NCBI GenBank assembly: GCA_964016885.1
Contig: OZ024743.1
Span: forward strand, 228,718,001 to 228,782,000
Direction: 5' to 3'
DNA: 64,000 nt
Source: Eledone cirrhosa
Lineage: Eukaryota
Of the stretch, positions 40,284 through 53,654 are shown piece by piece. The position numbers were made by a program, and so were the translations under genes. Below the pieces are notes generated by a model. The model ran no database searches. It had not been told where the DNA came from and worked only from the letters and a program-made list of their open reading frames with translations. How positions within the stretch are numbered: the first letter of the stretch is position 1; each line of letters begins with the position of its first letter.

Positions 40284-43200
40284 TATATATATATATACAC
40301 ACACAAAGCACTTACTGAAATCTCAAAGCAACTGCCAGCCTTTTCTTTGGAAAATAAATCTTACACTCAGCTTACACGTATTGAGTATTCATTCAGTTAA
40401 TGTTTGAACGTTTATGCATAATAGTATTTTAAACATTCATGGTGGTATATACATGCAGTAACTAATATCTAAACATTACTTTCTTTAAAGTAAAGAGTAC
40501 AAAGTTGATTAATGATCTTACTAGCCTTTCATTAGTAATATATATATTTATACATATAGAACTAATCCCACTGTGTTACACATCATAATAAAATGACAAG
40601 TATATAATAGTTTCTAGAAAGTTTCTCCTCTTGCTACAAATAGTAGCCAAATCTCCCTCAAATCACACACTACCACTTAAAAAGAAAGAGAACAGTATTT
40701 TAGTCTTGTGTACACTGTTCGTTCTTAAATGAAATGATAGATGTGATAATCACTGTTGGAATGTCTTTATAGGTACATAAACATGGCTATATACACCTTG
40801 ATTTATTTTGACTTGGTATATTTGAAATTGACTACGGCAGGATTTGAATTCAGAAAATATAAGACATAAACAAATATCACAAAGTATACACACACAAACA
40901 CTCACACACGTGAAATGGTGTTCCTTTACAAAATGGAAAGAATCACATTTAAAGTTACACAATGTATCAATTAAAGTGGTTATTTCATTTTATTTAGGAG
41001 TGATTTTACAGGACTAGTACTGTTTCATGGAGTGATGAAATCATCAGTCTTCTGACAATTTCAATCAATAAATTATACAATACTAATCATGTAAAAGTCA
41101 CTTCTAAATTAAATAAAATTATCACGTGTGTGTGTGGGGGGGGGGGGGGGGGGGGGGTTGAGAAGAACATTCTATGCCAAGAGGGTGGAGAGGACTTTTT
41201 ATTCTTTAGTGGTGGTGCCATGGAAATTGCAGCTGGTATACTAGAGGTCTCAAACAAGGCTTCCATGCTACATGTATTATTTTCTATGACCCATGTATTA
41301 TTTTCTATCAGCTATATTGCAGAGTGGCATTATAACTGGTTAAAATCATGTCCACACCTATCTTAGCTCACCTTTGGAATACTGTGACTCTCTGCCATAG
41401 GACATAAAGACCCTTTTGAATCCTTGAGTTTTAGACCTCTGCAGTACACTCTATAAAGTGGCTGGTGTTAAGATCATCCAATTGTGAAAAAACTAATGGA
41501 CTCTTCAGTGGTATCAAGGCGTGACATCCACCCTAGTGCTGGTGCCATGATAAAAGATAAAAACTACCCACTCTTTTCAGTAAATGGTAGGAATAAGCAA
41601 GATGTGAGCTCCCTGGCCTGCCTTTTACAACAATGACTTCAACTGAGTGCTGACTTGATTTGTGATGACTTGCCTAACTTACCCTATCATAGAAAAGCAG
41701 CCATTAAATGAATAGGATTATATATAAGTTTTGTTAACTATTTAGTCACTGTTTTATAACATTCTTTACAACTGACTCAAAACCAGGACCAGAATTTTGC
41801 TTGACAAATTTTTAAAAGGTCACTCATCTTTGATTTACAATTAAAGACTAACTTTTAACCTTTCACTCTTACATTTGATATCCAACATTCTGTTGTCAAC
41901 AGATCAACTGGTACTTGCAGTGTTTTATTTCATCAATACCCTTTATTGCATTACTTCTCATTGGTCACTTATCTCTCTGATCTGTCACTACCTCTGTAGC
42001 CAAATGCCTGTCTTTTTTTGTCTTTTTGTCACAGTGACTTGACTGTTAAAAATAATGAAATAATTAAATGACAAGAGGTGGGATGAATTGAAGTGATTAA
42101 TTATGGGAGAGTACTGTAGTTATTTTTCCCATCTTGTGAGAAGACTTGCAGTCATATAAAGCAAGATGACTATCAATGAAATCTAGATATTAGGTCTATG
42201 TCAGTAAAATAGCTACATTGTTAAGTTAATGGATAGCCATTTAATTAACCTTTGCGGTTTAGAATAATTAAACTAATAATAACATTTGGAACATTTTCTA
42301 AGATTGAAATTAATATATATGAGCAGAGTGTGGTAACTGAATTAACAAAGGATATAAACATTTATATCTAATGCATTAAAGAAAGTTTGCAGTAGAACAT
42401 TAAATCACAAGCAGGTAACTCTTCATTCAATCATTCAAACAAACTTATAATATACTTGAGTAATATACAGAGTATTAATAATACTTTATAGTTTATTATT
42501 ATAAATGAGTTGTTAAGTAATAACAATAACAATACTACTAAATTACTGATGGTCAGCTCGTGGTGGGAAAGCAATGAAATTTCAACTCTTTGGCATATAT
42601 CTTCTGTGAGTCTTTCTACAAACAAACCTAAGGAGAGGGCATACTCACAATGCAAAATATCAGAAGGTGGCTAAATACCTGGCACAGATTAACCATTTCC
42701 TTTTTTGTGCTAGTTACCATTATGTCCTCCAGTCACTGGACTGTCATTTTTCTTCTCCAAATCAAGAAGAGGGCATCACTCACAAGGAAGATGCCCTGCA
42801 AGGTGGAATGGTTGATGCAGCAGGTATCACTGGCTGTTCCATGTAGCAATGCATTCACCATCTTCCTTCTAGAGCACAGCAACTGAGATATACCATACAG
42901 TCAAATGTGCAGAACTTGTCCTCCCTTTCATTTTTTTATTTTCTCACTTCATGTTTATAAATATATATATATATATATGTATATATATGTATATATATAT
43001 ATAACTGAATATAAATACTAAAAAAAGAATAAAGGTGCAGCTCTAAAGCTTAGACATTAAAGTCAACTCTGACCATCAAAGGCAAGATGAGAGAGTAGAG
43101 TTTGCCCCCTCCCCATACTTGCTTCACATTCTCTTTTTCTTTATTCTCCTTTTGTTACTTTTGTAAATTGTATTCTTAATAAAAATGTATTTCTAAGAAT

Positions 43201-46200
43201 ATCTATCTAGCCAATATATTTAAATAAAAAATATTCTTTGTATGTAAATTATTCAATCTATTTAGCTTTTCAGATGGAGAAAATCTCTTACAACATAGAA
43301 GTTACATGTCTATATATTTCTGAGATGAATTATTACTAAAATATTAAAGACAGCTTAGCCAATTAACCTAAAATTTTGTATTTTTATACAAAATAATTTT
43401 TTTGTTCAATCAATATCCACTCCAAAATGCAGAAAATGAATTTCATTCATTCACTCCTTCACATACAAACATATGACATTTAGTTCCATTTGAGTAATAT
43501 TCATGATAATATAAGACAGAGCTAGTCATAACATTCTCATGAGCTTGGTCAGAGTAAATGCTTATATTTAGTAATCATTTTGGGATTGTTGATCAGATGA
43601 GGAATATGGGTATCAAGAGTTTCTTTATCTCTCATATCTTCAATACCAAATGCTACAAATATCTTGGAATTTATGAGAATATTGCATACATTGTTCTGTG
43701 AATAAAGCTACAGTAACAAAAGGATATACTTCAGCAGACTTTAAAATGTAAGAAAGTCACAGCTGACCCCATCCTATAGCCATAATCTGTATTACTTTTG
43801 CAGTGCTAGTACTGGTATCAATATTACAGATACTAGACTAGACATTTGAAGAGATCTGCTGCTAGGAAATTATGACAGGAAAGATACCTTCCACCACTAG
43901 TCAATTCCACATAAACAGTGACACTGAAAGAATCTATGTTAAAAGATGTGATGGAGTTAGAGGCATTGTATAGAAAGCTTTAAGAATGAGGAATACTAGG
44001 GTACCATTCCAATAAAAACAGTAATTTTGTGCAAACACAATGGATAGATCTGTTGCTGTTCAATGTGACAGGGAACCAAGGTCATGCACTGATGTTGAGT
44101 TCAGATGCCCAACAAATGTCTCATGTAAGGTTAAATAAACATTAAACATTTATAGTGATCTAGTGCCGAACTTACAGCTCTTGTATGCAAGCTCTAGATA
44201 TATATTTGGATCTATTAGCATAGGTGCATTCAGTTATATAACAACAGATTTGTATAAAGACCTGTAAATGCTAGGTTTTCTGAGAAAGAACAAAACAAGC
44301 TCATGTGCATTCTCTAAATCAAATTGATTAGTGGTACAGTGAAGACTTGTAAAGCATTTCAGTTTTCTGGAATGAACATATGCATACAATCACATGAATT
44401 CAAATGGCATATGCACATCCACACACAATTGAATATTAAGACATATGCACATCCATAGCATGAGTACAAAGGTATCCTTACATATACATGGATATATCTA
44501 AGAATATCTCTCGTATGCACACACATTAAATAACATATTTACAGTTTCCTGGAACTCTCTTGATTAAAAATAAACATCTTTTCCCATTGGTAATAATTAG
44601 AATGAATTTCACAAGGAAGAATTTTGATAAATATATACAAATCATTTATTCAGTCAATCATTCATATGAGGAGGTACATGGCTTAATTGTTAGAGTGCTG
44701 TGTTCAATTCCTAGCAGTGCATGCATCGTTTCCTTGAGCGAAATATTTTACATTGCTCTAGTCTACTTAGCTGGAAAAAAAAAGAACCTGTAGTTCAAAG
44801 AGTTGACCTTGTAACACACTGTGTAAGAATGAATCTCCCTGAGAACTATGTTAAGGATATATTTGTCTGTGGAATGCTCAGCCAAAGGCATGTTAATTTC
44901 ATGAAGGCTTTTCCATTAGTTAAACTACTGGAACACACATCTTCGAAACTGATGAATATCCAATACATAATACAACTTAACACACACACATACACACACT
45001 CATTCATTCATATACACATACATGGTTGTGGTACAAATGAAGTTTCATGAATTCAATAATAGAAAATACCTATTGGGATTTAGGTTAGACAGAAACATAA
45101 AGGATTCAGTTATATTCCAATCAAGGTGAGAGATGTAGAGCAAGCAAGTGTTAAGTTCATAATATGTCGAGTCCATTACATGGATTTGATTCCCAGGACA
45201 GAGCTATTTCACTTCAGTTAAGCCACTAAATCTTTTCAGAAAGACATGACAACTACACCATTTCTCCCATTAAAATAAAGTGCTTTTGTGACTGGTTTAA
45301 AAAGAAACCAATATTCTAATCAATGAACACTACTTTCATAAAAGTTATTGGCCTTTCAAATGTTTTAAGCAATGATATTCTTTTGTTGTGGCTGTTCTCT
45401 TTCACGTCCATTTTAAATAGAAACTTCAGCTAGGTTGGTTTGTCTTAACTAAGGTTGGTACCTTCTAAAGAAATGCTTAATCATTGTTAAAGTGCATTAA
45501 AGTGTGGTAGAGGGCTGGACACCATGCTTTCTAGCATAGTTATGTCCCTTTACGGTCTGAGTTCAAATCCCATCAAGGTTAACTTTGCCTTTCATCCTTA
45601 CGGAATCGATAAAATAAAGTACCAGTAATGTACTGGGTAATTGCTGGCCTTGTGCCAAAAGTAGAAACAATTATATTAAAAATAGTAACCCTTTTGATAC
45701 CAAACTGCCTGAAACCACCCTTGGTTCTACAATACAAAACTGTTTGATTTAAAATGTTTCTATTCATCTAAAAAACTTCCATCATAATTTTGTCTAAGAC
45801 CTATTGTTTAGTTATGTCCCAAACACAAGTTTAATCGTGACTAAGTTATCTACATTACTAAATCCATCCAAATTCTTGATTATTTTAAAATCTCAAGCAG
45901 TGTCTTTCATTAGAAATATCTTAATGAAAGGATGAAGTATATTTCAGATATTTACCATCATTGTCTATCTAATGTTTTATGAATCATTTAATTCTAGAGA
46001 CATTAATATATATTTAATAATATTAACTAACAGCTTAGATTAAAACCACATGAACATTGCTCATGAATCTCTGCCAAAAGTGCCACCAGTAGCTACTGTG
46101 CAGACCAGCCACTGACAATGTGATAGTGGATTGTGTCATGGCTGGCTAGCAATGACTGATAGTAGATTAGTACAGCTTTATTTAAATGATCAGATTACAG

Positions 46201-48534
46201 CTGCCTATAAGTGATAACTGAAGTAGATGGTAAATATCAATGATAACAAATAGTACAGAAAAAAAAAGTACAGAAACAAGATCTGTTTAAATCTCTATCA
46301 TCATTGCAGAGGGTATTTGGTTTCCATTGGCAACAGATTGTATCATCATCAACATAGATTTACTATGTTTGTTTGTTTATTCTTCATCATCTCCATCTTT
46401 CTATTTCATACTGACGAAACAGTTTGGTTGCTGCTGCATCCTCCATAACCATTAAAACCTTTACCTAGATAAGGCAGGTCTTACTACACTCTCAGAAAGT
46501 TTTATAGTTATTTTATTTCTATTTTGATTTCATTTCAATTTTTATGACTTCCTATAAGAGAGTTTGAAGCACAAATACAATTCTACAAGTTGATACTATA
46601 GCCTTTATTGTCCAATAATATAACCACCTGACAATATAAAAGAGAGTCACATAATTTCAAGATTTTACTACTCATTCTTTCCACCAGATGTGTGTAAGAT
46701 ATTTAAATCTTGTCATATGTGAATATCACCTTAACTATTATTCAAATTCTGTTATAGTTATTTACAAGACAAGCAAGATTTGCAACTTCACAATATGAAC
46801 TAAGCATATCAACTGACTTGCTTTGCATTCTTTGTTGGAGCCGTATAGATAGTATTTTTTTAATAGTATAGGTGCATGCAGGATTGTGTATAGCCACAGG
46901 GATGGCTGTGTGGTTAGGGAGTTCATTTCCAAACCAAATTGCTTTCGATGACCATCTCCAGCTAATACAGGGCTGGTTTTGGCTTGGTTTCTATGGCTGG
47001 ATGCCTTTCCTAATGCCAACCACATTTATAGTATGTACTGAGTGCCTTTTGTCGTGGCACCAAATATGACCGTTTTACAGTGTGGATGGGTACTTTTTCT
47101 TGAGATACCTACATGACCACATTACAATGTGGACTGGGTGCTTTTTGTTGTGACACCTACATGACCACTTTACAGTGTGGACTGGGGTGGGAGAAGTGCA
47201 TGGGGATTGGAGAAGTAGATCTATGTTGGGGCACTTATCAGGTGAGGGGTGGATCAAGGTGGGTGTGTTAGGGCATTGGAGTTGTATGGTAAGGGAGAGT
47301 AGTGCATACTAGATGTATGCTTCAACCTGTGCACTGGGAAGGCAGGTCTTCTGTATTATTGCATAATGCCAAAGATCACAATTCTCTGTCATCACCTTTG
47401 AAATGTTTAATTTATATAAAAGCCTTCCATTATAATTTTATGTCAGTGGATTTGCAGTATCGGTAGAGGGTCGGACGCCATGCTTTGACGCATAGAGTTA
47501 CAGCCCTTGCCATTCTGAGTTCAAATCCCGCCAAGGTTAACTTTGCCTTTCATCCTTACGGGGTCGATAAAATAAAGTACCAGTAATGCACTGGGTAATT
47601 GCTGGCCTTGTGCCTAATGTAGAAACAATTATAATTTTATGTCAGAACCTTTATTAAGTTATACTCCAAAACTTAATACGAATGCTGGTTATATTATTAA
47701 ATCCCTCCACATTCTTGCTTATTTTGAAAATATTTATATTATAGGCAGTGTCTTTAACTAGTATGGAAATGGAATGATTAAAATCAGGAAATGTTTTATA
47801 CTATTCCAAAATATTTGAAATTAGGATATTAGAAATTATCATGAACATTATTTTGACATCCATATATACAACATTATAGCTAATATATGTTTATTTAGAT
47901 ATAGATTTATGAAAACCTCTTGTCAGGTCTATGGCATACAAGCCATTGTTCTCAACACAAAAATTATGTTTTTTACCAAGTTTGGTGTGATATGTTCTGA
48001 AGCATTTTAAGGTGTTAAAATGGAAAACTATGCTAATCGTGTGGTGTCACATAGTTAGAGAGAATGTAGTTATAGAACAACAAGAGTAACAATTACATGA
48101 ACATAATGAGACTTTCAGAACATACTAGGTGTGAATAAATAACAGATTCAACAAAATTAGCTTGGCTGTTAATTCACCTCTAGGGTATCCATTAATAAAA
48201 TAGCTGTTAAGTGTTATAAAATTACCCAACTAACCTAGAACTATGGCCTATAGTAGAAGAGAAACACTTAATTCAAGCAGCTACACATTTCTTTCAAGCT
48301 ACAAATTTAATTTACTGTAAAAATAAAATAAAAATAAATTAAGTTCTAAATTCTTTTAAAAAAGTAGACATATTTTAACTTTGTTAAATATACACGTGAT
48401 GAGAAATGAGAAACAAAATGTACTGAAAATCTTCAGTCTATATGTAAAAGAATTTATTATTGTGTGTGTGTAGGTGGGTGGGTGTATGGGTGTGTGTACA
48501 TGTGTAGAAGAATAGTAAGAAATCTAATTAGAGT

Positions 48535-49660
48535 TGAACCCTTTTGTTATCAACCAACCCAAAACTACTTCTTGTTCTATGTTAAAAAAAAAACAAAAAA
48601 AAAAAACAACCACACTAATTTTAAAGAGTTCCAAATTAGATTAGGCCTTCCAAAATTATTTGATATAAGAATGTTTTGTTAAATTATGTTACAAACACCA
48701 TCATAGAAATGAAATAATAATTTTAGTAAATTCCTTCACTAATTTCATTATGAATATGGTCATGAAAGGACTGAGACATATACATATATATATAAAACTC
48801 TTTTTCATATATATATATATTTACATATAAGAAAATAGAGTTACATTTCAAACTAAGAAATATCAGTTACAGATTAGATTGTATATGTATGATACTGAAT
48901 TTTAGCTGGGAAACATTTTTTGGCAATGTCTATTGGTTGAACAAAATGAAATAAAATTTAAAAAAATTTAAATAGATACATAAAATCAAATAAAAACATC
49001 AAGGAAGTTACTGGTTTTAAAAGATAAAATTTGAAAACATGATATAGTAAACTGGTAATATTTCCAAACAGCAGTTACAAGCCATTAAAAATTATGTTGG
49101 AAAATTTCAATTTAAATAGTAACCCTTTAAATTGGGCTGTTCTATTTCATAGGACGAAAGATGATTTTCAATGAGTTGGTATCAAGAGGCCTGCTTGATC
49201 AAGACTCATTTGGGTTAATCAACAACAAAAGAGTTCCTATTTAAATTAAAATCTTCCAACATTTGATATAAGACCTTTTTATATTACAAATACTGTTATA
49301 AAAATGAAATAATATTTTTAGTAAATCCCTCAAAAGTCTTAATTAATTAATTGAAATATAGTCTTTCATTAGGAATATTGTCATGAAAGGGTAAATAATA
49401 TATACATAAAAAAAGCAAAAATCTTTTAAACTAAAATTATATATCAGTAGTTGCAGATCAGATTTTTACATGTTACTGAATTTTAGGTGAGAAACATTTT
49501 TTGGTAATATTTATTGACTGAATAAAACGGAATAAAAAGTATTTAAGAAAAAATTAAAAAAACATCAAGGAAAGTACTAGTTTCAAAAGATGTAATATCT
49601 ACAGAAAATCTGAAAACATGATATAGTAAACTAGTAATATTTCCAAACAGCAGTTACAAG
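48535..49660. repeat. Old tandem duplication (~580-bp unit: MITE plus flank)
   Basis: 48850-49081 aligns with 49430-49660 (shared catgatatagtaaact.gtaatatttccaaacagcagttacaag); each copy is preceded by a copy of the aaccc..gaaaggg MITE. Confidence 0.75.
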
Positions 49661-50275
49661 TCAGTGAGGCATGACAGTTAAAGCTAAGTAGAATTTAAAT
49701 GATGAAATGGATAATGCAACTACAAACTTGAATAAGATACAAACGAAAATATATCAGATTAGATATTCAGAGTATATAAATATTTAAGAAGTAAGAGGGA
49801 ACAAGATGTAAAAATGAACAAAAAAATACCATTTTAAAATGATATGAGTTTATCAGCTTTGAAATTTATTTGCTTAAAATATCAACACAGGCAACAAACA
49901 GTTATTACATATGCAAACAGAAAGATCAAGAAAATAATGGTATATTGGTATTGAAGTGGTGGAGCAGAAAAGGTGTAGTGAGAATGGTATAATGGTATTA
50001 TGCTGCTGTAACCAGAAACTAGAAGAAATACATCAAACGCACAGATGGAAAAGCATTTGACATGTCTGGTTTCTGTCTTCAGATTCCTGTTTATTATATT
50101 GACAAATTTACCAAACACACACAGCTTGATTATATAATGTGATATGTGAATACATATGTGGATAATAGTGCATATGAGTGAGTAAGTGAGAAACTAACTG
50201 TATTGTACAAATATACTACACTCATATACTAATGTTCAAATGTCTAAAAGTATGTTTATATAAACACACTCACAC

Positions 50276-50386
<111 letters not shown>

Positions 50387-50408
50387 TTATATATATATAT
50401 ATACACAC

Positions 50409-50444
<36 letters not shown>

Positions 50445-51866
50445 TGCATACACACACATTTATCATTGCCAAATGCGTGTTTAAATGTTGAGTGCAAATG
50501 CATACAGGAGGCACATATTCATAAACTAACATATATATATGCACCACCACCACCACCACCACCCAGCCAGCCACATACACACACTCACACTACATAGATA
50601 CAAGCACAGACGAAGAGAGAAAGAGATATAGCAAAGAGAGGGTGTAGTGGACCACATCCTAAAATGTTGATTAAATTTTCCAGAGTACACATAATCCAGA
50701 ATTATTAATGGTTTTGTATTATAAACATCACTCATTTAATTTTCTCTTCATTGTCAATTATTCACTGATTCTAAATATTATTTATTTATCTACAAATAGA
50801 GAGAGAGAGACATGATCTGTTTTCCTATTTATTTATTACTGTTCTTGTCAATATGTATGGATGTGTATCTGTAGGTGTGTGTGTGTGTGTGTGTTTACGT
50901 GTGTATGGTTGTGTTTATGTGTGTAAGGGCGTGTGTATGTGTATATTTGAATGAATGAGCATTTGTAGGGGGAGGGGAAGGCTGTGTGTGTGTGTGTGAG
51001 ATGAAGCGAGAATGTATGAGAATGGGCAAGTGTGTTAGTGTCTATGTGTATGTAGGGTGAAAATGCAATGGAGAAATGTATGTGCGTGGATGAATGCTTG
51101 TGGGGATGATAGGGATAAAGGGTGTGGGTGTGACTGTGACAGTATATGTGTCTATGAGGATGTGTGCTTGTGGGATGAGAGAATGTCTGTGTAGAGAGAG
51201 AGTGTGTGTGTGTATATGTGTGGGGAATTATTTTTTTCAGAGATATACATTTCATGTTGAAATTATTTTCAATTGATCTAAATTGGATAATTTCCCATGA
51301 TACTATTCCCTCCAAAAACAAACTACCTTTGATGTGTAATGATATTACTACATAACTATTATCACCAACATCATCATCATCACCATCAACACCATTACAA
51401 TCACCGCCATTATCATTACCACAATCACCATCATCAACAGCATGTTTGCAATATAGCTCCAGGAATTCAATACAGGTGTAGAGCTACTATTAGAGTGAAA
51501 TTCCTAATACTCCGCCCACCCAATAGTTGAATGGGTTAGACAAGTCTTCAAAGTCAAACATTTGAATCATAAAACTCAACAGTAATAACACACACATAAC
51601 AAAGATGACATATAATATGGACAAATCCTCTGAAGGTAGACAAGAGGCATGCCTGCCTGATTAAGAATATTGCTTCACAACCATGTGGTTATGTGATTAT
51701 ATATTCAAATATATATATATATATATATATATAACCAAAGATTAGTATGGTTCGTTGATTACTCAATGAATACAATTTTACAATAGATTAGAAGCACTCA
51801 ACTAAAAAGTTTTCCTGGAGTTTTTAATATTATTCAAAATATTAACAAATGAAAAATATTCTCATA

Positions 51867-51954
51867 ATCAAAATATATACTTTATTATATATATTTCAAA
51901 GGTACTGTGTTGTTTTATCAGTACGTCCTCATCAGACAAAATATATGATTTGAT
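51867..51954 (-). ncRNA. Type I hammerhead ribozyme motif (AUA site), left arm of a fold-back element
   Basis: Minus strand: atatattttgt CTGATGA gga-c-gtactg..cagtac-c-ttt GAAA tatata TA ataaagtatat. 11-bp stem I with two G-U pairs, 9-bp stem II, palindromic stem III. Confidence 0.8.
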
Positions 51955-52005
51955 ATATGATAGTACTGGAATTGAATAATTCAAGACCGTAGCGGTATGT
52001 CATAT

Positions 52006-52093
52006 ATCAAATCATATATTTTGTCTGATGAGGTCATACTGAAAAAACAACACAGTACCTTTGAAATATATATAATAAAGTATATGTTTTGAT
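52006..52093 (+). ncRNA. Type I hammerhead ribozyme motif (AUA site), right arm of a fold-back element
   Basis: catatattttgt CTGATGA (52025-52031) ..tactg/cagta.. GAAA (52063-52066) tatata TA ataaagtatatg. 12-bp stem I plus atcaaa/tttgat; base of stem II partly mutated. Confidence 0.75.
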
Positions 52094-52324
52094 TATGAGA
52101 ATATTTTTCATTTGTTAATATTTTGTATAATATATATATATATATATATATACGGGGTAACAAATTATTGTTATAGGTAGTCCACTTAAGTGTAGTCCAG
52201 TTATGGTACTCCGAGTAGTGGATGATATCAACGCTTGGCTAAGTTTGACTCAACAAGGCGTTTCCATAGTGATGCTGCAAGTACGCTGTAATTCCTATGT
52301 TGTAAACACTTGGAGTAATGATAA

Positions 52325-52624
52325 ATCAGGAAAGAAGAGTGACACGGTTTGCTATACAAAAAAGGTTTTTAATCTCATTGCTGACAATTGTTTCTCTGAA
52401 CTGGTAGGTCTAGTGATCGCTACCCGCTTATTTTCACGTTATTCGCTCACCAATACAAAGTTATAACCAATCAATTCATCGGAGCTTGTGATGAATTGGT
52501 GATCGAATAACGTGAAAATAAGCGGGTAGAGATCACTAGACCTACCAGTTCAGAGAAACAATTGTCAGCAATGAGATTAAAAGCCTTTTTTGTATAGCAA
52601 ACCGTGTCACTCTTCTTTCCTGAT
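52325..52624. mobile_element. Fold-back element (130-bp arms) with two degenerate hammerhead cores
   Basis: 52325-52454 is the reverse complement of 52495-52624 with 3 mismatches. Both strands carry GAAAC-AATT-GTC-agc. Cores are CCGATGA (-, 52482-52476) and GTGATGA (+, 52488-52494). Confidence 0.75.
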
Positions 52625-52715
52625 ATATATATATATATATATATATGGAAAGTTATATTTAAATTGTTGGGTTACAACTAGTAAATATTTATAACTGATA
52701 TAAAAGCACTCGGTC

Positions 52716-52812
52716 ATAAAACTGTTTATATTGTATTTTGTCTGAGGAAGGCATAGCATATTGTTAATATGATATCCCTGAAATATATATAATGAAATAA
52801 ATATGGTTTTAT
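52716..52812 (+). ncRNA. Type I hammerhead ribozyme motif (AUA site)
   Basis: tattttgt CTGAGGA (52742-52748); stem II aggcatagcatatt/aatatgatatccct (12 of 14 pairs); GAAA tatata TA atgaaata; distal stem I ataaaactgt/atggttttat. Confidence 0.8.
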
Positions 52813-52836
52813 AAATATAGTTTCCATTTATTTAAT

Positions 52837-53307
<471 letters not shown>

Positions 53308-53374
53308 ACATACATTCACGTGTGTGTGTGTGTAAAGTTATATACAGTGTGTAATCAAGATTACACATATATAT

Positions 53375-53643
53375 TTTTTCATGCTCAGAGTTGCTAAAGC
53401 ATGGAACAGGCTACCTGCATCAGTTGTTAGCTGTCGAGACTCTGCATCCTTTAAAACCTCCATGCTTCCCGAGATTCGCCAACACTACCCCTAATGTTCC
53501 CCCTCCACACACATGCACACATGTATATCATGACTCATACACTGTTCACTTCCCTGACATTTGTATATTATTCTATGTACTATACATGCACCTTTGTTGA
53601 GTTGCAGTGCACCTGAGCACTTTACACAATAATTTCATTATTT
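53375..53643 (+). mobile_element. CR1 3' end fragment
   Basis: FFMLRVAKAWNRLPASVVSCRDSASFKTSMLPEIRQHY plus a 3' UTR matching the CR1 at 20138-20540. Confidence 0.9.
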
Positions 53644-53654
53644 TATATATATAC

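Noticed and set aside
41005-41062. Minus-strand CTGATGA..GAAAC..GTC
   Set aside because: Stem II does not pair and stem I is not adjacent to the core; compatible with chance.
43560-44350. Possible very old LINE fragment
   Set aside because: Too degenerate to recover diagnostic motifs by eye.
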